DNA from: Chloroflexia bacterium
Lineage (GTDB): Bacteria; Chloroflexota; Chloroflexia; QHBQ01; JADMIH01
Reading direction: 5' to 3'
Assembly (NCBI GenBank): GCA_036399775.1
Contig: DASWMJ010000096.1
Span: 69,665-133,664, forward strand
DNA length: 64,000 bases
Made by a program: the position numbers and the translations under genes. Each line of letters begins with the position of its first letter. Positions within the stretch are counted from its first letter, which is position 1. Below the pieces are notes generated by a model, which was given only the letters and a program-made list of their open reading frames with translations, did no database searches and was not told the origin of the DNA. This document shows positions 10,050-19,616 of this stretch, piece after piece.

Positions 10050-10179
10050 TGCCCAGCGACTGAAGTCGCGGGCAACGATTACAAAGTCGCCCTGCGGCGA
10101 CTACTCTATCCCTCATAGTCCGCGTAGGCGGACTTCGTTTTCGTTGCCCGCGACTTCAGTCGCTGGGCAACATTCGCCC

Positions 10180-11241
10180 TTATGATAGATTCACCTCGAA
10201 TTGTCCTATTGCTTCACCATCAGGCAGCACGCCAAACTCTATACGGTAGTGTATCTCTTCGCCTGGGGCCATGTGCTTCAGGCGGCCCTCTTCGCGCAGG
10301 CGCTTGCGCGGGGTCTCCCACTGGTTGGCGGGTTCCAGGGCGCACACGTAGTCGCCCGCCGACATCTGCTTCCACTGGGCGAGGTAAGGCAGTTCAGCCG
10401 CCCTGTAGCGTATATAGGCCCCGAACTGCAAGTCGCGGTTGACGATGGCAGCCTGCGCGAAGCCGTTGCTGCTCACGCGTGGCTTGTGGAAGAAGACCTG
10501 CTCGGCGTAGTTGGGTACGGGCTGGTCGAACCTCGTATGATTATCAAATCCGCTCCTGGCAGCTTCGTCCCTGGGGTTCACTAGCTCGTCGTCCACAACC
10601 AGCTCCGACGACGGGCTTACGACGGGGAAACCGAAGTTGCAATGGTAGAGGATCATATGCGGCGTCTCGCGGTATCCGTCGTTGCGCACGGTATCCTCTA
10701 TCACGAGGCTGCTCGCGCCCAGCCTGGTAGATATTCTGCGGGTGAGGAGCAAGTTCTCGCCCCCCAGCATCGCCTGCCTCGCCTGGCCTTCTATCTCAAG
10801 CACGTAGTCATCGCCGCGCCATTCCTCCGTCACGCAGACTTTGCCCGCAGGTATGTGGGCGATGCGACCGTGCAGGCCGAGGTGCTCCCCCTGGTCCTCC
10901 TCCGGGTGGCCGAAGAAGGTAAGGCCGCACGTAGTGACAAGCCCCCCGCCGAAGGTGCGCGCCCAGCCATAACCTTGCGGCTCGTACTGGCCCGCCCCGC
11001 CCAGCGCCGGGTGGACCCACGCGAGAGGCTTTCCGGCGTACTCCGCCGCGCCCACGTCCATAGCGCGGTCCAGCAGCACCTGGAAGCGGAACCCACTGCC
11101 GGTGTACACATCCGCCACCCGCAGCCCGCGTGCCTTGCCGTCCGCAAGCTCCGACACGCGGATGCCTGCTATCTGCGCCATCGTGCTCGTCAGCGTGCGC
11201 AATTCTTCTATCGAATAGTCAGTTCCGAATAGCTGTGGCAT
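10180..11241 (-). CDS. aldose-epimerase-like / DUF4432-type protein (tentative)
   Basis: 353 aa beta-rich protein in sugar catabolic context. The family assignment rests on recall only. Confidence 0.4.
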   Translation of the reverse strand: MPQLFGTDYSIEELRTLTSTMAQIAGIRVSELADGKARGLRVADVYTGSGFRFQVLLDRAMDVGAAEYAGKPLAWVHPALGGAGQYEPQGYGWARTFGGGLVTTCGLTFFGHPEEDQGEHLGLHGRIAHIPAGKVCVTEEWRGDDYVLEIEGQARQAMLGGENLLLTRRISTRLGASSLVIEDTVRNDGYRETPHMILYHCNFGFPVVSPSSELVVDDELVNPRDEAARSGFDNHTRFDQPVPNYAEQVFFHKPRVSSNGFAQAAIVNRDLQFGAYIRYRAAELPYLAQWKQMSAGDYVCALEPANQWETPRKRLREEGRLKHMAPGEEIHYRIEFGVLPDGEAIGQFEVNLS

Positions 11242-11265
11242 CTATTTACCCTTTATAGCATGCGC

Positions 11266-11820
11266 TTACAAATCTGCCCTGGCCTTGAATTCTTCAACAG
11301 TCAGCCCAAGAATGAGATCGTCAAAGTACTGGCCTTCGGTGTATATCATCCGGCGCACACGGCCCTCAAGCTGGAAGCCGAGGCTCTCGTGCAGACGCAA
11401 CGAAGTCTCATTGAAGCTGTAGGTATGCACGGTCGCTTTCTGGTAGCGCAACTCCTCAAAATAGTATCGCAAAATGAGGGTGATAGCCTCCGAAGCGTAA
11501 CCTTTACCTCGATGATCCTTGAGTATGCTCACGCCATAACTGAATGTCCCATTCCTGGGATCGCACGCATGCGTGTTGATGGAGCCTACCATCTCGCCCG
11601 CGAGGGTCTCTATTACGAAGAAAAAAGTATCGTCTGCTGCCTCCTGTGTTGACAGCTTCTGCGCCCACTGCTTGACAGCTTCCCGTGATTGTGGAGGCGG
11701 AACACTGTAGAGATTCCTGGCTGTCTCGCTATCAAGATTCCAGTCCCAGAAAGCTTGCCAATCTGACGGCTCTATACCACGAAGCCTGATATGCTCACTT
11801 TCCCAGAGATTACCTTTCAT
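11266..11820 (-). CDS. GNAT family N-acetyltransferase
   Basis: GNAT motifs (GYASEAI, acetyl-CoA binding region). Start placed at the internal Met (MKGNLWESEH) giving a 4-bp ATGA overlap with the upstream GNAT. The longer 268-aa ORF overlaps the neighbour. Confidence 0.65.
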   Translation of the reverse strand: MKGNLWESEHIRLRGIEPSDWQAFWDWNLDSETARNLYSVPPPQSREAVKQWAQKLSTQEAADDTFFFVIETLAGEMVGSINTHACDPRNGTFSYGVSILKDHRGKGYASEAITLILRYYFEELRYQKATVHTYSFNETSLRLHESLGFQLEGRVRRMIYTEGQYFDDLILGLTVEEFKARADL

Positions 11821-12404
11821 TATGGGACATAGCCCAACCTGGCTTCCAGGCTGGCTTTGACCTGGGGCCATTCTTCGTCTGTGATGCTGAACATTACGCT
11901 GTCGCGGAAAGTGCCGTCGGGGAGAATTATTTGCTTCCGCAAAGTGCCCTCGCGTATCGCGCCCAGCTTTTCCATAGCTCTCTGGCTCTGCAAGTTGCGC
12001 CTGTCCGTTTTTAGTTGCACCCTTATTGCTCCCAGCGTCTCGAAGGCGTGGCGCAGCATGAGGTACTTGCACTCCGGGTTCACCTGTGTGCCCTGGTACG
12101 GCCTTGCGATCCAGGTGTAGCCTATTTCAAGGCCGCGATGCTCCGGGCGGATGTCGAAGTAAGATGACGTGCCTATGGGCTGTCCTGTTTCCTTAAGTAT
12201 CATAGTGAATGGGACCCGCCCGGGCATATCCAGGTTACGTTGAACGTACGCCCTGAAGGCTTCAAGGGTCGTATCCTCAAGCACTACGGTCGTATATTTG
12301 AAGATGACCGGCTCCGCCACCCGCCATAGGCCCTCTGCGTGGCTCATGCTCAGCGGCTCAAGACGCAGAGTGCGCCCCTCTATTGTCACAGGTTCTACTC
12401 GCAT
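11820..12404 (-). CDS. GNAT family N-acetyltransferase (RimL-like)
   Basis: 194 aa with typical GNAT fold motifs. Tandem with the previous GNAT. Confidence 0.7.
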   Translation of the reverse strand: MRVEPVTIEGRTLRLEPLSMSHAEGLWRVAEPVIFKYTTVVLEDTTLEAFRAYVQRNLDMPGRVPFTMILKETGQPIGTSSYFDIRPEHRGLEIGYTWIARPYQGTQVNPECKYLMLRHAFETLGAIRVQLKTDRRNLQSQRAMEKLGAIREGTLRKQIILPDGTFRDSVMFSITDEEWPQVKASLEARLGYVP

Positions 12405-12457
12405 AACGTCATATCTATAACAAAGTCGGAATGCTTGGGGTTCAGCAACCCCTGTAC

Positions 12458-12746
12458 CCTTGTCATTCTGAGCGCAGCGAAGAATCTCGTCCCTAGCTCA
12501 TCCTTTTGCCTCAGTCTCTCCCCTTGCGTCCCCAGCATAATACGCGAGGGACGAGATTCTTCGCTTCGCTCAGTACAGCACTAACAAAGAAATGTCTGCG
12601 TAGGGGCGACCCGGTGGGTCGCCCGGGTGGGGATGGCGAACCAACTTTACGCGTGACCCTGGCAGGGCGACCCACCGGGTCGCCCCTACCTTACACATTT
12701 TATTCCTGGACATAACTTTGTTAGTGCTGTACTCAGAATGACAGGG
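12458..12746. mobile_element. triple-nested MITE-like insertion
   Basis: Outer element with 37-bp TIRs (CCTTGTCATTCTGAGCGNAGCGAAGAATCTCGTCCCT). Its right TIR is interrupted after CGCTCAG by an element with TIR TACAGCACTAACAAAG flanked by a 5-bp duplication CTCAG. That element in turn carries an 88-bp GTAGGGGCGACCCGGTGGGTCGCCC...CGCCCCTAC palindromic element (12601-12688). Confidence 0.7.
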
Positions 12747-12796
12747 ATGTTGGCGTGGTTTCCTGTTGTAGTGCCTCTATGCAACAGCCTTGCCAT

Positions 12797-14992
12797 TTAT
12801 GCCGAAACTGTCTCAATAGGCTGAGATGCTTCTACCTTTATCGCCATGCTCATCTGTGCCTGCTGCCTCGCCCAATCTGCAACCTGCCTCGGCACCACCC
12901 CATGCGCCGCGTCGGTATGGTACAGCATACGGTTGGAGGGCGCGATCCTCATGGCGCGTCTCTCAAGATGCTGGCGGCGCTCGGCCCCGACGCCTGCGCG
13001 ATGGGCTGCCAGGTCGCCCTCGTACAGCCTTTTCTCACCGTGCGCGAACGCCTCCCTGTCGAGCAGGTCTATGCGCCCGGCCCGGAAGCGCAGGTGCAGC
13101 AGGTCGCCCGTTTGCAGGTACGCGATGCCGCCGCCGTGTACCGCTTCGGGGGTTACATGCCCCACCGACGCGCCGAAGTTCGTGCCCGAATAGCGCCCGT
13201 CCGTTATAAGCGTCACCAACTGCCGCAGCACCCGGTCGTAGTTGATGCGGAAGGAGGGTACTGCCATCTCCGGCATGCCGTATGCTTCCGGCCCCTGCCC
13301 GCTGATCACTATGGCGATACGAAGGGTATGCGTCGTCACCATCTCATCATAGAGCCTGTCGGGATCAATCTCACTGATGGACTTGTGGAGTAGTGTGCGG
13401 TTGCACTCGTACATCTGCCTCAGCACATCGTAAGTCACACCGGGCGCATCGCGGAACTTCTTCAGCACATCGGGGTCCACCAGGGCTTCGTTGGCGGAGT
13501 CTTCAGTCTCGTAGTAGAGCACGAGCGCCACCTTATCATCGAACTTGTTCAGCAGGTCGTCCGGCATGCCGCTTATCTTGACGATAGCCGACTCGAACCA
13601 GTTCGACCTCAGCACGTCCACGCCCGAAAACGCCCGGCGCGGTGTGGAGAGGATGATCGGGTTGTCCTTGACGCCATCCGCGCTCAGGTTGCGGGTGTCG
13701 GAGAGCCGCCCGTGCCAGGTCTGCCCCGTCACGGTAGGCGCGTCCAGGTCCATCGGCACGCCCAGGCGCGACAACTCGTAGAAGACCGTCTCTATGCCGC
13801 GTATCTGCCCCGCGCAACACTGCTGGGCGAGGGCGAAAACGTCACGCCCCTGTGTGAGGGAGTAGTCGTAGATATCGGGCACCGGCGCGGCACGGTGGAT
13901 GCGCTCTGTATCCCACAGGGAGAAATCGTACCCCGCGTAAATCATGGCGGCTACTATATGCATCACAAGGTTGGTGGAGCCGCCCAGCGCGCTATGCACT
14001 CGTACCACATTGGCGATGTTGCGCGTCACGATCTCCCCCACCGAATAGCCGGGGTCATTCAGCAACCCGAATAGCGCGTCAATAGAGGCGTTGACCTGCG
14101 CCTGCGTGGGCGGCAGCGTCAGCAATTCGACTGACGGGTGTACAAGCCCAAAAGCGGCCACCACGTCCCGCGAAGAGTTACCTGTGCCGTGAAAGGCGCA
14201 GATTCCGCCCTGGCTGTCGCACGTATTGACCGCCAGCCGCTTCTCCAAACTCTTGTGTTCTTGCGCCGTCAGGATGCCTTCCTGCGTAGCCCGCTCGAAC
14301 AGCGCCTGAAATACCTCGTTGGTGGTACATTGGAGGATATATTCGAGATTGTCGTGTATATCTTCCGCCAGATCGTGCAGCCCCGCCCCTTCAGCGCGTA
14401 TCGCCAACTCTCTTATTTCAATCACTACATCCGGCGGTATGCTGCCCCCTTTGAGGACGTGGGCAGGCGCGAACGTACCGTACACGGGTGGCTCGCCGCG
14501 CAATCTCCTCACACGGTCGAGGTGAGCCAGGGCCGAGACAATTGCCATAGGGGTCTTGTCGCAGCCCTGTATGACGAACGCCGCGTGGTACGACTGCCCC
14601 TCCATCTGGTTGACAACCATCTGCGTCACGGCATTGCGCGATTGCAGCGAATAGCACATCCCCACCGTGCTTTGCGCCGTGCCATCGCACACCACCGGGA
14701 TAGAGAAATAGAAAGGCACTCCTCCATCGTGCCAGATGCGTACCGCCGCCCGCAGCATCGTGTCCCAGTCCTTGACGTGCGCCGGGTGGTCGGGCGAGCC
14801 ACCGATAATGGCGATGCGAGGCGCGTTCTGGTCGAGCCTGTCGAATATGGCTTCAAGCGTGCAATCGGTCTTCACCCCATGAAGCTGGTAAGCGCGGTCC
14901 AGCAGCGCCGCCACAGTGATAGGCTCGTTCGCCTTCCCCTGCACGTGGTCGCGATATGGGTTTATAGGGCTATTTATCCTGATCGGCTGCAT
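12797..14992 (-). CDS. IlvD/EDD family dehydratase (long, sugar-acid dehydratase type)
   Basis: CDKTPMA Fe-S cysteine motif and GGSTNLVMH signature of dihydroxy-acid/sugar-acid dehydratases. At 731 aa it is longer than typical IlvD. Confidence 0.8.
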   Translation of the reverse strand: MQPIRINSPINPYRDHVQGKANEPITVAALLDRAYQLHGVKTDCTLEAIFDRLDQNAPRIAIIGGSPDHPAHVKDWDTMLRAAVRIWHDGGVPFYFSIPVVCDGTAQSTVGMCYSLQSRNAVTQMVVNQMEGQSYHAAFVIQGCDKTPMAIVSALAHLDRVRRLRGEPPVYGTFAPAHVLKGGSIPPDVVIEIRELAIRAEGAGLHDLAEDIHDNLEYILQCTTNEVFQALFERATQEGILTAQEHKSLEKRLAVNTCDSQGGICAFHGTGNSSRDVVAAFGLVHPSVELLTLPPTQAQVNASIDALFGLLNDPGYSVGEIVTRNIANVVRVHSALGGSTNLVMHIVAAMIYAGYDFSLWDTERIHRAAPVPDIYDYSLTQGRDVFALAQQCCAGQIRGIETVFYELSRLGVPMDLDAPTVTGQTWHGRLSDTRNLSADGVKDNPIILSTPRRAFSGVDVLRSNWFESAIVKISGMPDDLLNKFDDKVALVLYYETEDSANEALVDPDVLKKFRDAPGVTYDVLRQMYECNRTLLHKSISEIDPDRLYDEMVTTHTLRIAIVISGQGPEAYGMPEMAVPSFRINYDRVLRQLVTLITDGRYSGTNFGASVGHVTPEAVHGGGIAYLQTGDLLHLRFRAGRIDLLDREAFAHGEKRLYEGDLAAHRAGVGAERRQHLERRAMRIAPSNRMLYHTDAAHGVVPRQVADWARQQAQMSMAIKVEASQPIETVSA

Positions 14993-15085
14993 AAATCATC
15001 CTAACCTTACAAATGATTGAACCGCAGAGACGCAGAGGCGCTGAGATGACCTATTTATTTCCACGACAACAAACATTTCCTCGGC

Positions 15086-15131
15086 ACTCAGCACTCGGTA
15101 CTCGGTACTCGGTACTCGGTACTCGGTACTA
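15086..15131. repeat. (GTACTCG)n tandem heptamer array
   Basis: Six perfect copies at the 3' end of the SDR gene. The same 7-mer array recurs at 26591-26632. Confidence 0.7.
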
Positions 15132-15132
15132 G

Positions 15133-15936
15133 CTACGTCCCGATCCGGCCCTCTTTCTCCACGAACTCGAAGCCTGGGGTGGGGCTGTAGCTGGTCCAGC
15201 CGCCATCCACCATAAGCGTGGTGCCGGTGATGAAGCCCGCTTCGTCTGAGGCGTAGAAGAGCACGGCTGCTACAACGTCGCTGGGTTGGCCTACGCGCCT
15301 GATTGGAATCACCCCCGCCCAGTCGGTGTCGTAATTCGGGTCGTCGTGGAGGTTGCGCTCGTTGCTGATAGCGCCTGGGGCTACCGCGTTGATGGTTATA
15401 TTATACGGGGAAAGCTCAAGCACAAGGTTGCGTACCAGCATCTGCAAACCCCCTTTGGTCATGGCATACGCCGAGAGGTACTGCACCGCCTGGTTGCCCG
15501 TCACCGACGACGTAACGATAATCCGCCCACCGCCACCCTGCCTGACCATCTCGCGGGCTGCGGCCTGAGCCGTGAAATACGTCCCTTTCAGGTTGGTATC
15601 CACCACAGCATCGAACGCATCCTCCGTATAATCGAGAAACTTGCCCCAGCTAGTGATACCCGCATGGCAGCACGCGATGTCTATGCGCCCGAACTCCTCA
15701 ACGGTCCGCGCTACTATCCGGCGGCAGTCCTCTACCCTGGCTATGTCGCCCTGTACCACGACGGCCCTGCCGCCACTCGCCACTATCTTACTCACAGCAT
15801 CTTGCGCGCCCGCCTCGTCCCGGTTGAAGTTGGCGACCACAGCCGCGCCCGCCTCCGCGAGGCCGATAGCCAGCTCGTAGCCTATCCCTTTGCTCGCCCC
15901 CGTTACGAGGGCTACTTTGCCTGATAGGTTGGTCAT
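15133..15936 (-). CDS. SDR family oxidoreductase
   Basis: TGASKGIG cofactor motif and YxxxK catalytic region. The 3' end runs into a (GTACTCG)n repeat. Confidence 0.85.
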   Translation of the reverse strand: MTNLSGKVALVTGASKGIGYELAIGLAEAGAAVVANFNRDEAGAQDAVSKIVASGGRAVVVQGDIARVEDCRRIVARTVEEFGRIDIACCHAGITSWGKFLDYTEDAFDAVVDTNLKGTYFTAQAAAREMVRQGGGGRIIVTSSVTGNQAVQYLSAYAMTKGGLQMLVRNLVLELSPYNITINAVAPGAISNERNLHDDPNYDTDWAGVIPIRRVGQPSDVVAAVLFYASDEAGFITGTTLMVDGGWTSYSPTPGFEFVEKEGRIGT

Positions 15937-16004
15937 AGTGTGCGTCTATTCCTGTGAGGTGGATGTTCCCAACTGCTCGGGTGATGATTGTTCATTCCAT
16001 TAAT

Positions 16005-16099
16005 GTAGGGGCGTGATTAATCGCGCCCTGATCGTGGTAGCGAACCAACATAAGGCCGCCCCATGCCCCATGCAAGGGCGCGATAAATCACGCCCCTAC
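16005..16099. repeat. GTAGGGGCG...CGCCCCTAC palindromic MITE-like element (family copy)
   Basis: GTAGGGGCGTGATTAATCGCGCCC...GGGCGCGATAAATCACGCCCCTAC termini. Family members share GTAGGGGCG ends with internally palindromic arms. Confidence 0.55.
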
Positions 16100-16395
16100 G
16101 AACGTTTTCGCTTTAAGGTCTTCCCAGGAGTTCGAGGCTTAATTCCCAAAGTTTCCATCAGTTCCGTAAGGGTAGTATTCCGTAGTTGTGCCAATTCAAT
16201 CAGATACCTTATGCGTTGTGCGCTCAGGTTCTCCATATTGTCTGTTATAGAGATTAGTTCTTTGTGCTCCTCAAGGGTTAGCGTTCCTTTTCGACATTTG
16301 ATCGCGAGCTTATCATAACGCTTATAAACCTCCTCAGGCAGCTCCTCCTTGATCTTCATCAGCAATTCAGACTCATGATGCTGAGCAGTTGTCAT
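16096..16395 (-). CDS. hypothetical small protein in an AT-rich islet
   Basis: 99-aa Lys/Glu-rich ORF in a locally low-GC (about 45%) segment next to a MITE. No recognisable domain. Confidence 0.35.
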   Translation of the reverse strand: MTTAQHHESELLMKIKEELPEEVYKRYDKLAIKCRKGTLTLEEHKELISITDNMENLSAQRIRYLIELAQLRNTTLTELMETLGIKPRTPGKTLKRKRS

Positions 16396-16475
16396 CTCTC
16401 ACCTCCTGCCATGCGTCTCACAACAGAATTATACAACGTGTCGCATCTTCCTCAAGGTAAATTACTTCAGAGGTA

Positions 16476-18053
16476 CTAGCTGATGATTGCGCTGACGCGC
16501 TTGAAATATGGTGCAAGCGTGGGGTATAGGTCGCGATAAATAGAGTAGTAATCCTCATAAATGCTAACGTCCGCGCCCGGCTCCACCCTATCGGTCACGC
16601 GGATAGTGCGCCCACACGCCTCCCGGACATCCTCATACACACCCGCGCCCACCCCCGCCAGTAGAGCCGCCCCAAACGCCGCGCCTTCGGTGACGTTCGT
16701 CAGCACGATCTCCGAATTGAACACGTCGGCTAGAATCTGCCTCCACAGTGGACTCTTCGCCCCTCCACCCGATGCGCGCACCTGCTTGATCTCCACTCCC
16801 ATGTTGCGCATCAACTCAAGGGAGTCGCGCAGGCCGTAGGTAACGCCTTCCAGTACGGCGCGTACCATATGCTCTTTGCCATGTCGCAGGGTCAACCCGA
16901 AATATACGCCCCGCGCATCGGGGTCGGGGTAGGGCGTGCGCTCCCCTGACAGGTATGGCAGGAAGATAAGGCCCTCTGAGCCTGCTGGGGCTGAAGCGGC
17001 TTGTTGACATAACACGTCATAGACATCTATGCCGCGTGCGCCCGCCTTTGCCATCTCTGCCTGTCCCAGCACGTCGCGGTACCATCGCAACGAGCCTGCG
17101 GCGGAGAGCATCACACCCATGAGGTGCCACTGGCCGGGGACCGCGTGGCAGAACGCGTGGAGTCTCCCTTCCGGCTCAAGCAGGAACCTGTCTGTGGCGG
17201 CAAAGACTACCCCCGACGTGCCGAGCGTCACCGAGATAGTGCCTTGCTCTATGATGCCGCTACCTACTGCCTGCGCTGCCTGGTCCCCTCCACCGCCCAC
17301 CACCGGCGTGCTCACTTTGAGGCCCGTCTCACCCGCCGCCTGGGGCGAGATGGCGGCGGTAGGCACGGGCGACTCGTGGCACTCCGGCAGCCAACCCGCA
17401 GGGATGTCTAGCGCGGCAAGCATCTCCTCCGACCATTTACGGCCCTCCACGTTGAGCAGAGCCGTGCCCGATGCATCCGACACCTCGGTAGCAAGCGCGC
17501 CGGTCAGCCTGTAGCGTATGTAGTCTTTAGGCAGGAGCACGTGCGCTATCCTGCCGTAAACGTCCGGTTCGTGCTCACGCACCCACACGATCTTGGGCGC
17601 GGTGAAGCCGGGGAGCACCGGGTTGGCTATCAACTGTAGCAATTTCTTGGAGCCGATCCTCTCGGTGATAGCCTCACATTGCGCGCCGGTACGCTGGTCG
17701 TTCCACATGATGCAGGGGCGCAACACTTCTCCCTTATTATCGAGGAGCACCAGGCCGTGCATCTGCCCCGTGAGGCCCAGGCCCGCCACCTGCTCCGGCC
17801 TTACCCCGGCGGATTGTAGCGCCTTCCTGATCGCAAGCACGGTGGCCGACCACCAATCCTGCGGATTCTGCTCGGCCCACAGCGGGCGCGGCGTGAACAT
17901 AGGGTAGTCGCCGGTGGCTGACGCAAGCACGTTGCCGTCGGGGTCTACCAGCAGTGCCTTGCTGCCCGACGTGCCAATGTCTATCCCCAGTAATACTTTG
18001 TCGGCCATATCCGGGCTAACCCCAAAAGAAATGTCAATGTAGGGGCGAGGCAT
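16476..18053 (-). CDS. xylB: xylulokinase (FGGY family)
   Basis: LGIDIGTSGSKALL N-terminal FGGY motif and 525 aa length. Adjacent to a xylose-isomerase-like gene. Confidence 0.8.
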   Translation of the reverse strand: MPRPYIDISFGVSPDMADKVLLGIDIGTSGSKALLVDPDGNVLASATGDYPMFTPRPLWAEQNPQDWWSATVLAIRKALQSAGVRPEQVAGLGLTGQMHGLVLLDNKGEVLRPCIMWNDQRTGAQCEAITERIGSKKLLQLIANPVLPGFTAPKIVWVREHEPDVYGRIAHVLLPKDYIRYRLTGALATEVSDASGTALLNVEGRKWSEEMLAALDIPAGWLPECHESPVPTAAISPQAAGETGLKVSTPVVGGGGDQAAQAVGSGIIEQGTISVTLGTSGVVFAATDRFLLEPEGRLHAFCHAVPGQWHLMGVMLSAAGSLRWYRDVLGQAEMAKAGARGIDVYDVLCQQAASAPAGSEGLIFLPYLSGERTPYPDPDARGVYFGLTLRHGKEHMVRAVLEGVTYGLRDSLELMRNMGVEIKQVRASGGGAKSPLWRQILADVFNSEIVLTNVTEGAAFGAALLAGVGAGVYEDVREACGRTIRVTDRVEPGADVSIYEDYYSIYRDLYPTLAPYFKRVSAIIS

Positions 18054-18126
18054 GCCTCACCCTGTCTGGGTTCAAGCATAAAGTTGGTACGCCAGCCCAT
18101 GAGGGCGAGGCATGCCTCACCCCTAC
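18039..18126. repeat. GTAGGGGCG...CCCCTAC palindromic MITE-like element (family copy)
   Basis: GTAGGGGCGAGGCATGCCTCACCC ... GAGGGCGAGGCATGCCTCACCCCTAC, located between xylB and the xylose-isomerase-like gene. Confidence 0.55.
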
Positions 18127-18132
18127 AGCGGA

Positions 18133-19284
18133 CTAATCTCGCTCAAGCGGGGGCAGGGTAGAAAGACGCTCAGGGCGTGAGGCGCGGGCGCGTATCAGGT
18201 AGGCTTCGAGCCAGCCGCGCGCCTTATCAGGATGCTCAGTCGCCCATATGATAGATTCGTGGTCCAGGTTGTTGATGCGGTCATTTGCGGCCCGTAACGC
18301 GTCCATCGAGTTCTGCAAGGCAACCTCCACCGGCATGCGCTCAGGGTTGATGTCCAGGCCAAACCACCCCTGGTAGCCGTACATCTTCAGCGCGTATAGT
18401 GTCGCTTCGACCGCTTCAGGCGAGAGCACCCCCACGTTGAGGTCCTGGTCGTAATTTCCCAGGGGCTGGCTGTTCCAATGAGTATGCGCCAACCTGCCAT
18501 ACTCCATGACCATCCCGTACGCATAGGGCATATCTTCATACGCCATCAGCATGTGTCCCACTTCGGGGTTCAGCCCCACGAGGGCGTGCCCCATGTTCAT
18601 CAGCCGCCTGTTCTCCGGGTTCTTCAGCATCGCTTCCACCTTCATGCCGAGGAGTATTCCTTCGGGCGTGGTGCCGTACAGGATGTGGCCGCGCGGCTCG
18701 TAGGGCTTCGGCTCCTCGGCCACCCGCACACCGGGCACCGCGTCCATCGCTTCCGCCAGCCCCTCCGCGAAGCGGTCACGCGCCGCCCGCAGGTCTGAGC
18801 CAAAGGGGTTTTCGTAGCCGTCAATGCCGGGCCACACCACAGCGAACTCGGTGTCAAGCTCTCTGTTGAATTCGAGCGCGCGTATCGTGCGGTCAATCGC
18901 CGCCCGCCGCACTTCCGGTATGGGGTTGGAGAGCGATCCCCACTCGAACTGAGCGTCGTAAAAGAGGAGCGGGATAACCGTCAGTATCTTGATGCCGGTA
19001 TCGCGGGAGAAGGTCCGCCAAAGCTCCAGGTTGTCCTCGTTGATCTCGTTGGGGTAATGGGCCTCCATACCCTTGAGGCCCGCATCAGCGAGTGTGGCGG
19101 CGATTTCCAGGCGCGGCGCTATCTCTATGACCGGGGCGTAACGGTCATGGAATCGGCTGGCCGGTGGCGAGAAGAACCACACTCCCGCCGAGAACTTCAG
19201 GTCCAACTCAAACGATTTCAGGTGCTTTACAAGCTCCTCGGGCGTCCGGCGTTTGGCTTGCGGGCGCAGATCAGGCAGACTCAT
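18133..19284 (-). CDS. divergent xylose isomerase-like TIM-barrel protein
   Basis: Shares the VWPG-DG-E, EPKP-EPRG, NPE-GH and HxDxND..DQDL metal-site motifs with class I XylA. The N-terminus is atypical. Confidence 0.6.
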   Translation of the reverse strand: MSLPDLRPQAKRRTPEELVKHLKSFELDLKFSAGVWFFSPPASRFHDRYAPVIEIAPRLEIAATLADAGLKGMEAHYPNEINEDNLELWRTFSRDTGIKILTVIPLLFYDAQFEWGSLSNPIPEVRRAAIDRTIRALEFNRELDTEFAVVWPGIDGYENPFGSDLRAARDRFAEGLAEAMDAVPGVRVAEEPKPYEPRGHILYGTTPEGILLGMKVEAMLKNPENRRLMNMGHALVGLNPEVGHMLMAYEDMPYAYGMVMEYGRLAHTHWNSQPLGNYDQDLNVGVLSPEAVEATLYALKMYGYQGWFGLDINPERMPVEVALQNSMDALRAANDRINNLDHESIIWATEHPDKARGWLEAYLIRARASRPERLSTLPPLERD

Positions 19285-19338
19285 TATGGCCTCCAGGGCT
19301 AAAGGCTAATTTTTAAGCGTAGGAGCAGGGACCACTCC

Positions 19339-19602
19339 CTACGCGGGGCTGTTACGGTTATCTATAGAGTTTTCAGACGAACTCAAGCCAATGGGCAATT
19401 CTTGGAGTACGTCAGGATTTGCCGACGCGCTCGACGGCTCCGGCAGGTGCGAAACGATGATGAAAGCCAGCGTCGAGAAGAGCAGAAGCAAAAAGCTGTA
19501 CCTGAACAAATCAAACATAAATGGCTGTATCATCCCCACGATCCCCAGCATTATGCCCGCGATACACAAACGCGTGATGGTGCCGATAATCTTTGCAGAC
19601 AA
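19339..19602 (-). CDS. hypothetical small membrane protein
   Basis: 87 aa with two hydrophobic helices. Weak call. Confidence 0.3.
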   Translation of the reverse strand: MSAKIIGTITRLCIAGIMLGIVGMIQPFMFDLFRYSFLLLLFSTLAFIIVSHLPEPSSASANPDVLQELPIGLSSSENSIDNRNSPA

Positions 19603-19616
19603 GCTAAACCTCCGTA

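Noticed and set aside
15086-15131. Possible CRISPR array among the tandem repeats
   Set aside because: Units are contiguous 7-mers with no spacers and no cas genes. These are microsatellite-like arrays, not CRISPR.
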